Source: a virus
Taxonomy: Duplodnaviria > Caudoviricetes
Direction: 5' to 3' (one strand)
DNA: 53,261 nucleotides
Virus record (IMG/VR): IMGVR_UViG_3300047457_000194
Span: 1 to 53,261 of that record
Shown: positions 39,012 through 48,538 of the stretch, one piece after another
How the letters are laid out: every line of letters begins with the position of its first letter
Numbering within the stretch: the stretch's first letter is position 1
Notes under the pieces: model-generated
What the model was told of the DNA's origin: nothing
The model's input: the letters and a program-made list of their open reading frames with translations, nothing else
The model's database searches: none
Translations under genes and position numbers: made by a program

Positions 39012-39819
39012 TCACTGTCTCCTTTGTGAACTCAGGTGTGAACTTGGCGTACACCTTCTCTGTTATAGCACTACTGGAGTGACCCAGCAGTTTGCTGACT
39101 CTCAGTATTGGCACACCAGAGCTAACTAGGTTCGTTGCCACGCTGTGTCGAATGATGTGCGGTGTGATCGTGATTGGCAGACCAGCGGCGACCATCAACT
39201 TGCGCCACTGGTAGTTCAGCGACATCGGCCTCCTGCCATTCTGGGCGACGACCAGCTTATCGCCATCCAGAACTTGATGCTTCTTCAGGTATTCGTACAA
39301 GTCGTCGTTGATTGAAACATCGGCCACACACTTCTGCCTGGACTTCCTGTTGGCGCTGAAGTAGATGCAGCGACCGTCCAGGTCAATGTCCCTCCAGCGG
39401 AGGGAGATGACTGCGCCGGATCTCTGCCCAGTATTGCAGAGCAGCATGCAGTACATCTCCATCCACTGTCCGAACTTGAAAGCATGGTTTAGCACACTGC
39501 CCATCTGATCCCATGTGATCCACTGCTTTCTCGGCGCGGACTCCTTAGGCAGTTCGATGTGCGGCTTGGTCTTTATCTGCCCACACTTCCATGCGGTATT
39601 GATAGCAGCGACCAGGGCCTGAAGATCTCGCCGGATCGTAGAGGACGACAGCCTCGCCAACCCCTTGGTGGCCTCCCGAATAACGGAAGGCCTGAGGTTG
39701 TCTACGAGGATGCCGTCGAGTGCTTTCAGGTGCCGATGTGCTAGCTCCTGTCTTTTCCAGAAGAGAATGTCGTCGCTACATTCTCTCCTGTACAACTCCC
39801 AAACATCTCCCACTAGCAT
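38980..39819 (-). CDS. Tyrosine recombinase/integrase (short, no obvious arm-binding domain)
   Basis: Catalytic set TGQR, HIIRHS, LGHS, VY. Confidence 0.9.
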   Translation of the reverse strand: MLVGDVWELYRRECSDDILFWKRQELAHRHLKALDGILVDNLRPSVIREATKGLARLSSSTIRRDLQALVAAINTAWKCGQIKTKPHIELPKESAPRKQWITWDQMGSVLNHAFKFGQWMEMYCMLLCNTGQRSGAVISLRWRDIDLDGRCIYFSANRKSRQKCVADVSINDDLYEYLKKHQVLDGDKLVVAQNGRRPMSLNYQWRKLMVAAGLPITITPHIIRHSVATNLVSSGVPILRVSKLLGHSSSAITEKVYAKFTPEFTKETVNAIRINGFSN

Positions 39820-39822
39820 ACG

Positions 39823-40104
39823 TTACTCCCAGGGGGCTTTGTTAGAAGCAGCGGGAGCCGCGCCCTGCTGCTTGGGAACGAAGGGCGTGGACGCCTTGAG
39901 GCTCAGGAAGCTAGTGCCTTTCGACGAGGTGCGGTTCCACCCGGCGAACTCCAGCTTGGCAGGCTTGCCCTCCTTCAGCTGCTGCGCGAGGTAGCTCACG
40001 ACATCAGCGCCCAGTTCCATATCCCCCTTCCATTCGGGAGCCTTCTCGCTCGTCTTGCGCGTGTTCTGAAAGAGAGCGCCGCTGTTCAGGTACTTGTTTT
40101 CCAT
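39823..40104 (-). CDS. Putative single-stranded DNA-binding protein
   Basis: NSGALFQN..K...APEWKG, AGW..TS..G..FLSL, tail ending PWE; downstream of ERF. Confidence 0.6.
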   Translation of the reverse strand: MENKYLNSGALFQNTRKTSEKAPEWKGDMELGADVVSYLAQQLKEGKPAKLEFAGWNRTSSKGTSFLSLKASTPFVPKQQGAAPAASNKAPWE

Positions 40105-40117
40105 GTGTGTTGGTCCT

Positions 40118-40810
40118 TTACTTGAGGTGTTTGGTGGAGTTGCTAAAGGCGGACATGACATCATTCTCACGATCCGCGAAATGAATCTTGATCTGGCCGA
40201 TCTCGGGAGTGTAGCGCCGCCACACCTGCTTGGCCTCTTCCCTGGTGGTGCAGTGCGACAGTTCCTCCTTCACTTGCTCGATGAAGGCATCAACATTGAT
40301 CGACGGCGCTTCAGGCTTCGGTGCTTCCTGCTTCGGTTGCACCATCGGCTTGACCTGCTGCCGCTGTGGCTCGAAGATGCGATCTTCCTGGGTCTTGTCG
40401 TCGCGCTCCGGGTCATCGCCAGTCTCAAGCTGGAAGGTCTTGAGCAGGAAGTACTTGTTCGCCCCGGTCAGCGCCTTGTAGATTCCCTTGTCCCCGATCA
40501 CGCCCTTGCTGGAGCGGTCGTTACCGCAACCAACGAAGTGGCAAACGATCTCCTCTCCTGAGGAATGGATGATGCGATACCGAACCTTCACCGTAGTGTT
40601 CCCGAACTCGTCGGGTTGTGTATGCTCCACCACATCACTAATAATCACCAACTCGTTGGCGATTAAGTGAGGGCGCAAAGCATTGAGCGCGTCACCTTCA
40701 GTGGCGTACTTGTATCCATGGAATTCGTTCTTGCCTGCCTTCTGCACAAACGATACTCCAGCCATCGTATTGATGATGGCCTTGGATATGTTGCTAGTCT
40801 GCATATACAT
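40118..40810 (-). CDS. erf: ERF-family single-strand annealing protein
   Basis: K.GKNEFHGYKYA, IIHSSGE, DKGIYKALTGA.KY.L...F..ETGDDPE. Confidence 0.85.
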   Translation of the reverse strand: MYMQTSNISKAIINTMAGVSFVQKAGKNEFHGYKYATEGDALNALRPHLIANELVIISDVVEHTQPDEFGNTTVKVRYRIIHSSGEEIVCHFVGCGNDRSSKGVIGDKGIYKALTGANKYFLLKTFQLETGDDPERDDKTQEDRIFEPQRQQVKPMVQPKQEAPKPEAPSINVDAFIEQVKEELSHCTTREEAKQVWRRYTPEIGQIKIHFADRENDVMSAFSNSTKHLK

Positions 40811-41723
40811 CGTCTCCCTTTTGTCTGGTTGCTATCATTACCAATCTCTCCCTTTCTCGTTGATCACAATTCCTTGCCACGCCACAGTAGTTCGCCTCGC
40901 ACTTCTTGGGTGCGCCGTATCTGATGGCGACGATGGCGTTGCCAAGCTTCTCTGCGTGTTCCTCTGCCTGCTCGAAGGTGTCGTGAACCTTGACGGCACG
41001 CTTCTTTCCCTTCGGCACGACAGCGTACCTGTCCGCGTCTCTCCACTGTTCCTCGTATGTGCAGTCGGGCAGGGTGTCTCCCACCATCCAGTCTGCCTCC
41101 GCATCCTGGTGGACCTTCACCCTCTGCTTCATGTACGCCTCCTGCTGAGACACAGGCCACAGGCGGATCTCGTATACCTTGACGGCGCACTCATCGGGCT
41201 TGATCCTCTTGAAGATATTCCGCTTGTGGTCGCGCAGGACGGCAACGACCCGTGCCTTCGTGACCCGCTTGCCCGTGCATTTGTATACGAGGTAGGCGTA
41301 GCAGTTGATCTGCTTCTCCCACTCGCCGCTGTACCCCTTTGCAACCTTGGTCGTGGTCGTGACCTTCCAGTCGTAGATCCAGATCGAACCGTCAGGCTGC
41401 GGCACCTGGAGATCGATCTGACCAGACACCACCCACCCTCCAATCGTCGTGTAGTACCTCTCTTCCACGATGTAGGATGGATCGTACTGGGACAATATGT
41501 TCTGCGCGTGAGAGTGCCACGCCGTACCCAGTGATGTCCACAGCCTGTCGATCACGTCTTCTTCAGAACCACTCTTCTCCAGCAGCCTCACTCTCGGAGC
41601 AGCCATCAGCCCCGTCACCGAGGCATTCGCTCGGCCCTTCGTGTACATGTCGGCAGTGAGGACCGCTGCCACTGGTTCCGGCAGGTTGTGCCGATTGCTG
41701 TACGATGTTGTAGATTGCGTCAT
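40794..41723 (-). CDS. PD-(D/E)XK exonuclease (Cas4/RecB-like)
   Basis: LGTAWH, GQIDL, IYDWK, Q.N.YAYL, C-terminal Cys cluster C..NYC....C. Confidence 0.8.
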   Translation of the reverse strand: MTQSTTSYSNRHNLPEPVAAVLTADMYTKGRANASVTGLMAAPRVRLLEKSGSEEDVIDRLWTSLGTAWHSHAQNILSQYDPSYIVEERYYTTIGGWVVSGQIDLQVPQPDGSIWIYDWKVTTTTKVAKGYSGEWEKQINCYAYLVYKCTGKRVTKARVVAVLRDHKRNIFKRIKPDECAVKVYEIRLWPVSQQEAYMKQRVKVHQDAEADWMVGDTLPDCTYEEQWRDADRYAVVPKGKKRAVKVHDTFEQAEEHAEKLGNAIVAIRYGAPKKCEANYCGVARNCDQRERERLVMIATRQKGDDVYAD

Positions 41724-41817
41724 TGACTAGCCTCTTGACCGTTGTTTCCCTGTCAACCGCTTGCAGCTTTAGCTTCTTGTGCAGTCCATCATCGAGTTCG
41801 ATTGTCAGTCTCGCCAT
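41563..41817 (-). CDS. Ribbon-helix-helix DNA-binding protein
   Basis: MARLTIELDDGLHKKLKLQA....TVKRLV..AI fits the RHH pattern; 3' part overlaps the nuclease gene. Confidence 0.7.
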   Translation of the reverse strand: MARLTIELDDGLHKKLKLQAVDRETTVKRLVNDAIYNIVQQSAQPAGTSGSGPHCRHVHEGPSECLGDGADGCSESEAAGEEWF

Positions 41818-41822
41818 GACTA

Positions 41823-41898
41823 AGGATACACATTAGCACAAAACCACACAAGCACAAAACCATACTCAATTGGGCGGCTCCTGTTGTACCATTTGGGA
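41823..41898. promoter_or_regulatory. Divergent promoter region with direct repeats AGCACAAAACCA x2
   Basis: Minus strand TTGTGT-17-TATCCT, 5 nt before RHH ATG; plus strand TACCAT 6 nt before primase ATG; repeats at 41835-41846 and 41851-41862. Confidence 0.55.
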
Positions 41899-43647
41899 AT
41901 GCGACCAACGCCGGAATTGAGAGAACTGGCAGATCAGTTCATAGAGAGTGGGCGCGGATCATGGCGAACCATCTGTCCTGAGTGTAGCCCAAATCGCAGG
42001 CACCACAACGCACACGACCCAGTGCTTTCATGGGACCACGGAGATCGCGGCCCTGTCTTCTATTGCCACCACTGCGGTATTAAAGGAGCCGTTAGCAAGA
42101 TGAACCTCGAAGACTTTGATTCTTTATTTGACGATCAGCCGAGTCAACCTGAGTTGACACTGCCTGAACCTGGAGAAAGCGGCATCCGGCTTCAGATGGA
42201 ACACATCGACTACCTGAAGCGCCGTGGAATCTCAATCAGTACAGCCCTGAAGGCGGAACTGTTTTCTGTGCGGAAGTTCTTTCGTCAAGGCGGCGACCTC
42301 GACTGCATTGCCTTCCCTTATTTCGATATGGATGGCATGCTCGTGTCGTCCAAGTACCGTGCAGTGACGACCAAGGCCTTCTCGCAGGACGCTGGTGCGG
42401 GTGGGTTGCTGTTCGGACTGAAGCAGTCCTTCGACTTGAGGGAGCCACTCGTCATTTGCGAGGGGGAGATCGACGCGCTGTCGATGTGTGAGGCGGGGAT
42501 CTTGAACTGGGTCTCCGTTCCGTCCGGCGCTCCCGCTAAAGGGGAGAAGAACAACTCCCAGCGGTTCAGTTGGATCTCCGAACTGGAGGAGTTCCTGGGG
42601 AAGTTCAAGTCCTTCGTTCTGGCTACCGACAATGACGGACCCGGCAAGGCCCTGCAAGAAGAGTTGGGGCGCAGGCTGGGTCGGTCCAAGTGCAGCACCA
42701 TTAAATACCCAGACGATTGCAAGGATGCGAACGATGTTCTGGTGAAGCATAGTATCTCCGTATTGGCGAATGTCGTGTATGGTGCGAAGCCAATGCCCAT
42801 GACATCCCTCTATACCGCCGACCACTACTTCGATCAGGTGATGGATCTCTTCACCAAGGGTGACGGCAAAGGGGAAAGCACTGGCTTCTCTGGCGTCGAT
42901 GAATTGTACACCGTTGCGCGAGGGCAGATGACGGTTGTGACTGGCATTCCATCGAGCGGCAAGTCAAACTTCCTGGACCAGATCATGGTGAACCTGGCGC
43001 GGAATCAGGGGTGGAGGTTTGCGATAGCCAGCATGGAGAACGAACCAGCGAAGCATATCGCGAAGCTGTCTGAAATGTATGTACGCAAACCCTTCTTCCA
43101 TCAGTGGCCTGGATGTATGAGCCTGGATGAAGCGAGGGGCGCAGCCGGGTGGTGCCGGGACCATTTCAACTTCATCGACTTCAGTTCGTCGAGGGACCTG
43201 CCCACACTGGACAGCCTGCTGGATAGAGCGAATGCTGCCGTCCTTAGATTTGGAATCGACGGTTTGGTGATTGATCCGTACAACTGCATCGAAGTCAGTA
43301 GGACAAAAGAGATGAACGAGACGGAAGCGGTGAGCAACATGCTGTCTCGTGTCTCTGCATTTGCCAAGGCATCTAATATCCACGTCTGGTTTGTGGCGCA
43401 CCCGCAGAAGATGTTGCGAGAGTTCTCTTCGGCCAATGCAGTCCCTGGTGGATACGACATCTCAGGATCGGCGCACTGGTTCAATAAGACCGATGTGGGG
43501 CTGACCGTACACCGCAAAGACATGGACGGGTACGTCGAGATCCACTGCTGGAAGTGCCGCTTCAAATGGGTGGGGCGGCAGGGGATGACGCGCCTGAAGT
43601 ACGACATCCCCACCAGCACCTACTACGAACTACCGAAGGAGACCTAA
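41899..43647 (+). CDS. Primase-helicase (T7 gp4/Twinkle-like)
   Basis: Zn finger CPEC..CHHC; TOPRIM ICEGEIDALS and ATDND; KDANDVL; SF4 Walker A TGIPSSGKS, VIDPYN, VAHP, ISGSA. Confidence 0.92.
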   Translation: MRPTPELRELADQFIESGRGSWRTICPECSPNRRHHNAHDPVLSWDHGDRGPVFYCHHCGIKGAVSKMNLEDFDSLFDDQPSQPELTLPEPGESGIRLQMEHIDYLKRRGISISTALKAELFSVRKFFRQGGDLDCIAFPYFDMDGMLVSSKYRAVTTKAFSQDAGAGGLLFGLKQSFDLREPLVICEGEIDALSMCEAGILNWVSVPSGAPAKGEKNNSQRFSWISELEEFLGKFKSFVLATDNDGPGKALQEELGRRLGRSKCSTIKYPDDCKDANDVLVKHSISVLANVVYGAKPMPMTSLYTADHYFDQVMDLFTKGDGKGESTGFSGVDELYTVARGQMTVVTGIPSSGKSNFLDQIMVNLARNQGWRFAIASMENEPAKHIAKLSEMYVRKPFFHQWPGCMSLDEARGAAGWCRDHFNFIDFSSSRDLPTLDSLLDRANAAVLRFGIDGLVIDPYNCIEVSRTKEMNETEAVSNMLSRVSAFAKASNIHVWFVAHPQKMLREFSSANAVPGGYDISGSAHWFNKTDVGLTVHRKDMDGYVEIHCWKCRFKWVGRQGMTRLKYDIPTSTYYELPKET

Positions 43648-44690
43648 GACGTTGCCAGCATGATTGCGAGGGCCTTGGCCTTGGTGGTAGCGATCAGGTC
43701 GTCGCACTTCGTTCTGGCGCGGAGATATACCCTTGCAGGCTCTTGGCCCTTGACGATGGAGGCTGGCCGCTTCGCCACAGTATTATCGGTGATGCTGCGG
43801 AGACTGTCCGTGCAGATGTATCCATAGAAATTGAGGTTGCGATTCAGTAGCCTGACGACATACGTCTCGCCAATCACCTCCTCGATCACGCCGCAGAAGC
43901 AGTTGTTGATTCCGTATACGGGGATCACATTGTGATCCGAGAGGTTGATCTTGTCCAGGCTGATCTGTTTAACGACCAGTCCGCTGTGGTTGTACGTCTT
44001 GATCTCCTTCTTGTGCCAGTCGTACGTCCACCCTTCCTTCGAGCTTGAATGTTGCGGTGCGCCGTTCCTGCCCAGGCTACCGCAAGACTGGTGCCATGTA
44101 TTGATGAACGAGTCAAGCTTCCAGTCGATGTGGCTGTTGCCCTTGCGCGTCCGCTGGTACATCCGGTAGCGAGCGGTGAACCGATCCTCGCGCCGAATAT
44201 AGGTAATGTGGCTCGTGTACTGGTGGAATGCGTGTGGGCGGAATGTCTTAGGCTTTCTCGAGTATGGATAACCACCCGTGATCTCGTCATACCTCTGCTC
44301 AAAGGAGCCGCAGTAGGACTTGAAGTCTGGAACATTGAAGAGCATGGTGCTAGAGTTGACTGCATACTTCAGTTCAGACACGAACTCACGGAGGGCCGAC
44401 ATGCGGACATGCACGAGAGACGATGGGAACACTTCGAGGAAGCGATTCACCATAGCTCGAAAGGCATCCTTGCCTCTGACGACATTGATTCCTTCGAGGT
44501 AGCGGCAACTCCTGATAACGAAGCTGGCCGGAGACGCAGTGTACACCATGCGAATCCTGGTCTTCTTGTCCACGAAGGAGTAGTACTGCTGCGAATCCTT
44601 GGGGACATCGCCCTTCACAACATAAGCCTGGAGTTCGGGGTCGTACCATTCGACCCCTTCCGCCATCATCTTCCTGAAATCGATCTTCAT
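43644..44690 (-). CDS. Hypothetical protein
   Basis: 348-aa ORF with RBS, converging on the primase gene. Confidence 0.65.
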   Translation of the reverse strand: MKIDFRKMMAEGVEWYDPELQAYVVKGDVPKDSQQYYSFVDKKTRIRMVYTASPASFVIRSCRYLEGINVVRGKDAFRAMVNRFLEVFPSSLVHVRMSALREFVSELKYAVNSSTMLFNVPDFKSYCGSFEQRYDEITGGYPYSRKPKTFRPHAFHQYTSHITYIRREDRFTARYRMYQRTRKGNSHIDWKLDSFINTWHQSCGSLGRNGAPQHSSSKEGWTYDWHKKEIKTYNHSGLVVKQISLDKINLSDHNVIPVYGINNCFCGVIEEVIGETYVVRLLNRNLNFYGYICTDSLRSITDNTVAKRPASIVKGQEPARVYLRARTKCDDLIATTKAKALAIMLATS

Positions 44691-44700
44691 CTCTCTCTCC

Positions 44701-45873
44701 TTAGACCGTCTTGATCTTTACGACAGTGCCGAACGGCACGTTGGTGTTGTTGTAGTCGCCGTACTGCATCCAGATGACAGGCACGCCGGGGTCAGGACCG
44801 AAGTCGTAGCAGGCCATGTCCGTCAGATAGACGAAGCACTTGGGCTTGATGTCTTTGTCCTGCGCGTACTGAAACACCGGGGAGAACCGGGTGCCACCGG
44901 ACTGGACCTTCTGCCCGTCGAGTTCCATCGGGCGACCGGGCTTGTACTGGTCGTGCTTGTACACGTCATAGTCGCAGTAGAGAACATGCGTCTCCTCGGG
45001 GCGAACCTTCGTAAGGAAGTGGTTGATCATCCCCAGGAAGTTCTCCAACACATCATGCGGCACAGAACCGGAGGTATCCATGCCGACGACCAGCTTGCCA
45101 ACGCCATCCCGCAGGACGGAAGGCAGGTACATGTCCTGGCCCATGAAGCGGCGCGAGGGCTTCTGCCATGTGTAGTCGCGGGGGTAGATGGGTTGCATGA
45201 ACTTGGCGAATAGGTGGCGGTAGTCCTCCTCGGGTTCACGCGCCTTGGCGAGGAGATCCTTGAGCGCACCGGGTAGCTTGCCGCAGAACTTGGCGTGGCT
45301 CTCAGCCTGCGCCACCTTGACCTGGATCTCTTCGGCCAGCGCCGCCTTCTCCTCCTTCGTCATGCCATCGGTCGGCAGGACATCGCCCTGCGAGAAGTCT
45401 TTGTCGCCGCCCGGTCCGTTGCCCTGACCACTGCCGGATCCGCCCTTGCGCTTCTGCTCAGGCAGCATGTCGTAGATCTGTTCCCACGACAAGCCCTTGT
45501 ACCTGGGATCGATCAGGCAGTCCTTTGGAAGCTGGTATCCACACTCATGGATCAACAGATTGATGGCGTAATCCATCGCGATGTTGGCCTGCATGCGGTT
45601 GCGGTCGCCCAGGCGCAGCGGGTGCATCAGCGCAACGTGCATGATCTCGTGGATGGAGACGGCCTTAACTTCTTCGGCGCTCATCTCAGCCACGAACTTA
45701 GGGTTGTAGTAGACGGCCTTGCCATCGGTCGCCATGGTGGGGCAGCGTTCGTCAGCCACCCAGTTCATGCGGAGGGCGAGAGAGCCGAAGAACGGCTCCT
45801 GCCCAATCGCCATGCGGACATTCTGCCGCACGATCTTCGATGCCGCTTCGGCTGTGATAGTCACGGTGTTCAT
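44701..45873 (-). CDS. DUF2201-type metallopeptidase + VWA domain protein
   Basis: TMATDG, HEIMH, N.A.DYAIN; MIDAS DTSGS, GGT.F, LTD. Confidence 0.85.
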   Translation of the reverse strand: MNTVTITAEAASKIVRQNVRMAIGQEPFFGSLALRMNWVADERCPTMATDGKAVYYNPKFVAEMSAEEVKAVSIHEIMHVALMHPLRLGDRNRMQANIAMDYAINLLIHECGYQLPKDCLIDPRYKGLSWEQIYDMLPEQKRKGGSGSGQGNGPGGDKDFSQGDVLPTDGMTKEEKAALAEEIQVKVAQAESHAKFCGKLPGALKDLLAKAREPEEDYRHLFAKFMQPIYPRDYTWQKPSRRFMGQDMYLPSVLRDGVGKLVVGMDTSGSVPHDVLENFLGMINHFLTKVRPEETHVLYCDYDVYKHDQYKPGRPMELDGQKVQSGGTRFSPVFQYAQDKDIKPKCFVYLTDMACYDFGPDPGVPVIWMQYGDYNNTNVPFGTVVKIKTV

Positions 45874-45893
45874 GGTTGTCTCCTGTGTTGTGT

Positions 45894-46772
45894 TTACGCG
45901 AACATGCCGCGCATCTGGTTGACGATCTGATTGGCTTCGTCGCTGATCTGTTGGGCGCAGTCGGCCACATCGATACGGGCGGCGTCATTCTCTCGCAGCA
46001 CTTCAGCGGTGTACTGGCAAAGCTGCTCGTCGATCCGGCGCGAGATGTCGGCCAGGCGGGAGTCGCCAGCGACATTCAGCTTCGGGAGTAAGCCAGCAAG
46101 TTCCACGGTGTTCTCTATCAGGGAGTCACGGAAAGAACCTTCGCGGGTTCCCGTATAGTTCTTTAACCGTTCTGCGACATGCTGCGTCTGCTTCTGGATG
46201 CGCTCGAAGAGATCGAGGACGGCGGCGTGGTAGTTGTTGGCGAGTCGCTGCTGCATCGACTCCTGCATCTGCCTCAGTACGTCCTTACTGAGCGACACGC
46301 GGAAGTCCTGCGAGTCAGGGACAGGCGAGAAGCTAACAGACCAGTCGAACTTCGACCGGATCTCGTGCATCGACGGGAACTCCGAAGGATCGAACAACCC
46401 GTTGAGTCGATAACGCGCCTCTTCGATTACGTCCGGGTAGTTCTGCACGAACTTGTCGAGTGCCGACTCGTGGATGGAGTGATACTTCTGCATGCCCTCC
46501 TGGTAGGCGACGAAGTTGGCGACAGGCAGGATGCGGATGCCCTCGGCATCCAGCCACGGCAACGTCTGCGCGTAGTGGAAGGACCGCGCCGCAGAGATGT
46601 TCGAGGACAGCTCCGTCAGATACTTCTTCGCGGCAAGCTGCTTGTTGAAGCGGCCCACTTCGCCGTTCGTGTTGTGGTTCTGTTCCACCTCGGCGGTGGC
46701 TTTCTTGTCGTACTTTCTGGCGGTCCACTGCGACACTGCGAAGCGGACGAGGACGGCTTTATCGTTAAGCAT
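45894..46772 (-). CDS. Conserved helical protein (DUF3150-like) of the AAA/VWA cluster
   Basis: Start MLNDK with RBS AGGAG; WTARK.D, TLPW, LF...EFP. Confidence 0.65.
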   Translation of the reverse strand: MLNDKAVLVRFAVSQWTARKYDKKATAEVEQNHNTNGEVGRFNKQLAAKKYLTELSSNISAARSFHYAQTLPWLDAEGIRILPVANFVAYQEGMQKYHSIHESALDKFVQNYPDVIEEARYRLNGLFDPSEFPSMHEIRSKFDWSVSFSPVPDSQDFRVSLSKDVLRQMQESMQQRLANNYHAAVLDLFERIQKQTQHVAERLKNYTGTREGSFRDSLIENTVELAGLLPKLNVAGDSRLADISRRIDEQLCQYTAEVLRENDAARIDVADCAQQISDEANQIVNQMRGMFA

Positions 46773-46807
46773 GATTGATCTCCTGAGATGTTGGTGTGTA
46801 TTGGTTT

Positions 46808-46822
46808 GTCCAAACTTTGGAC
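46808..46822. promoter_or_regulatory. Palindrome GTCCAAAnTTTGGAC copy 1
   Basis: GTCCAAACTTTGGAC, intergenic, upstream of the 46772 gene. Confidence 0.8.
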
Positions 46823-46870
46823 AGTTGGGATGTCTAGAAACTAGACACCCCTTGTCTGATAGAGCGCCGA

Positions 46871-47899
46871 TTAGAACATCAGCTTCGCGTAGGTGGGCTT
46901 GCTGATCATGTCGAGGATGGGCTTCGACGTGACGGCGGCAGTGTCGCGCTTGCACACATCCTTGAGGAACAAGCAGCCGTACTCCGGGGCCAGCCGCTGC
47001 ATGTAGGCGGCGATGGGCTTACTGTTCTGCGGGTTCCAGTTCGACGACAGGTAGATCGCCGTAGCGAAGGACGCCGACAGGTCGGTCGGGACAGCCACGC
47101 CACCAGGATCGGCGCAGATCGCGGAGATCTGGGGCAGCGACTGCCACATCCGCAGGAAGCCAAGGAACTCCAAGCCAGTGCCTTGCCCAATGCAACCCTG
47201 GATCATCTCGCCAGCGATCTCTCGGTCGGGGTCCTGGTCAAGGATGCGGGAGAGGAACTCGACAGAGCGAGGGGTGCAGAACGCGAAGTCATTCTTGTGC
47301 GGCTGCTGCACAAGCAGGTCCTTGCGGTAGGCGAAGAACGCCCGGAGTTCGGGGCGGATGGACTTGGTGATCGGCTTCGCAGGGACGACCTGCGCCGTCA
47401 CATTGCTGTCGCCAGCGGACGCCCACTCCAACCACGAGTCGAACGCCGACTCCAACTGGATGTGGAGGAAGCGGTTCATGAGCGGGGCCGGGGGCTGGTT
47501 GTAGTTGCCGCCGTCCTGGGCGCGATTGCCCGTGGCGCAGATGTACGCGCCGTCAGGCATCCGGTAGTCGCCAAGCTGCCGCTCCAGGACCAGCTGATAG
47601 AGGGCGCACTGCACCGACATCGGGGCGTCAGGCAGTTCCTCGATAGCGACGAGGGTCGCGCCGTTCTTGGGTAGCCAGTTCGGCGTGGCGCGGTAGCAGA
47701 CGCCGTCCTTGATATAGGGGATGCCCATATCCACCGGGTCCATCATCGTCGGGCGCACGTCAACGTGTTCCCGCTTGAGGATCGAGGCGACCTTGCGAAT
47801 GATCGAGGACTTGCCAATCCCGGCCTGCCCCCACACCCAGACGGGTACCTCGGCATTGATCGCGACCTGAAGCGCCTTCATGAAGTTCTGTGCGTACAT
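46871..47899 (-). CDS. MoxR/AAA_5-like AAA+ ATPase
   Basis: Walker A GQAGIGKS, variant Walker B VAIEE, ATGNR, PL.NRF, TPRS. Confidence 0.88.
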   Translation of the reverse strand: MYAQNFMKALQVAINAEVPVWVWGQAGIGKSSIIRKVASILKREHVDVRPTMMDPVDMGIPYIKDGVCYRATPNWLPKNGATLVAIEELPDAPMSVQCALYQLVLERQLGDYRMPDGAYICATGNRAQDGGNYNQPPAPLMNRFLHIQLESAFDSWLEWASAGDSNVTAQVVPAKPITKSIRPELRAFFAYRKDLLVQQPHKNDFAFCTPRSVEFLSRILDQDPDREIAGEMIQGCIGQGTGLEFLGFLRMWQSLPQISAICADPGGVAVPTDLSASFATAIYLSSNWNPQNSKPIAAYMQRLAPEYGCLFLKDVCKRDTAAVTSKPILDMISKPTYAKLMF

Positions 47900-47944
47900 C
47901 GTAGTCTCCTTGTGACTGGTTGGTGAATTGAACTACTAAGCACT

Positions 47945-47974
47945 ACTGTATGTAATCCAGTGTGCAATTGTCAA
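47945..47974 (-). promoter_or_regulatory. Sigma70-type promoter for the AAA cluster
   Basis: TTGACA-18 bp-TACAGT. Confidence 0.65.
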
Positions 47975-47976
47975 AT

Positions 47977-48324
47977 CTACTTCTTGTTTGGTTTGTTGGG
48001 GAACTGCGCCTTCTCGATGATCTCGTTGATCAGCGAGTCCCGGTCGTAGGGCTGGATGCCGTCATTCAGCGGCGAGTAGTGCCAGCACTTGTAGCTGGGC
48101 GCTTGCGCCATGAAGAACACCTTGTCTGTGTTGTGGTAGTGGCCCGAGATGTCCTTACGAGGCAGGATGTCGGACTCCACTTCGTTCAGGGAGACAAAGC
48201 ACTCCTCCTGGACCAGCTTCTCGCCGTCCTTCTCGACCTGCCCTGCGGCGGCGGACAGGTTGGTGAATCCATTGGCAAGCGCGACCGCATAGATCGCGCC
48301 GATAAATTGTTCAGGTGTAAGCAT
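47977..48324 (-). CDS. Hypothetical protein
   Basis: RBS AAGGAG, TAATG coupling, start MLTPEQF. Confidence 0.6.
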   Translation of the reverse strand: MLTPEQFIGAIYAVALANGFTNLSAAAGQVEKDGEKLVQEECFVSLNEVESDILPRKDISGHYHNTDKVFFMAQAPSYKCWHYSPLNDGIQPYDRDSLINEIIEKAQFPNKPNKK

Positions 48325-48521
48325 TAGCTCTCCTTGTCGTTTGGTAGCGGACACCATTCAGGGAAGGGTCCGAAGTCTTCGTCGGGGCGCTGTATCAAGC
48401 GCGGGTTGCTGGAGTGGGTGCATTCGGACAGCATGCCCAGTCCATTGGGGGCGCGGATGTGTGTCTCCCGATTGTGCGGACATCGCACACACGCGCCGAT
48501 CACTATCTCAACTCTCTTCAT
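48324..48521 (-). CDS. Small Cys-containing protein
   Basis: RBS GAGGTG; C..CP, C, FPEWCPL. Confidence 0.65.
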   Translation of the reverse strand: MKRVEIVIGACVRCPHNRETHIRAPNGLGMLSECTHSSNPRLIQRPDEDFGPFPEWCPLPNDKES

Positions 48522-48538
48522 CTCTCACCTCTCTCACC

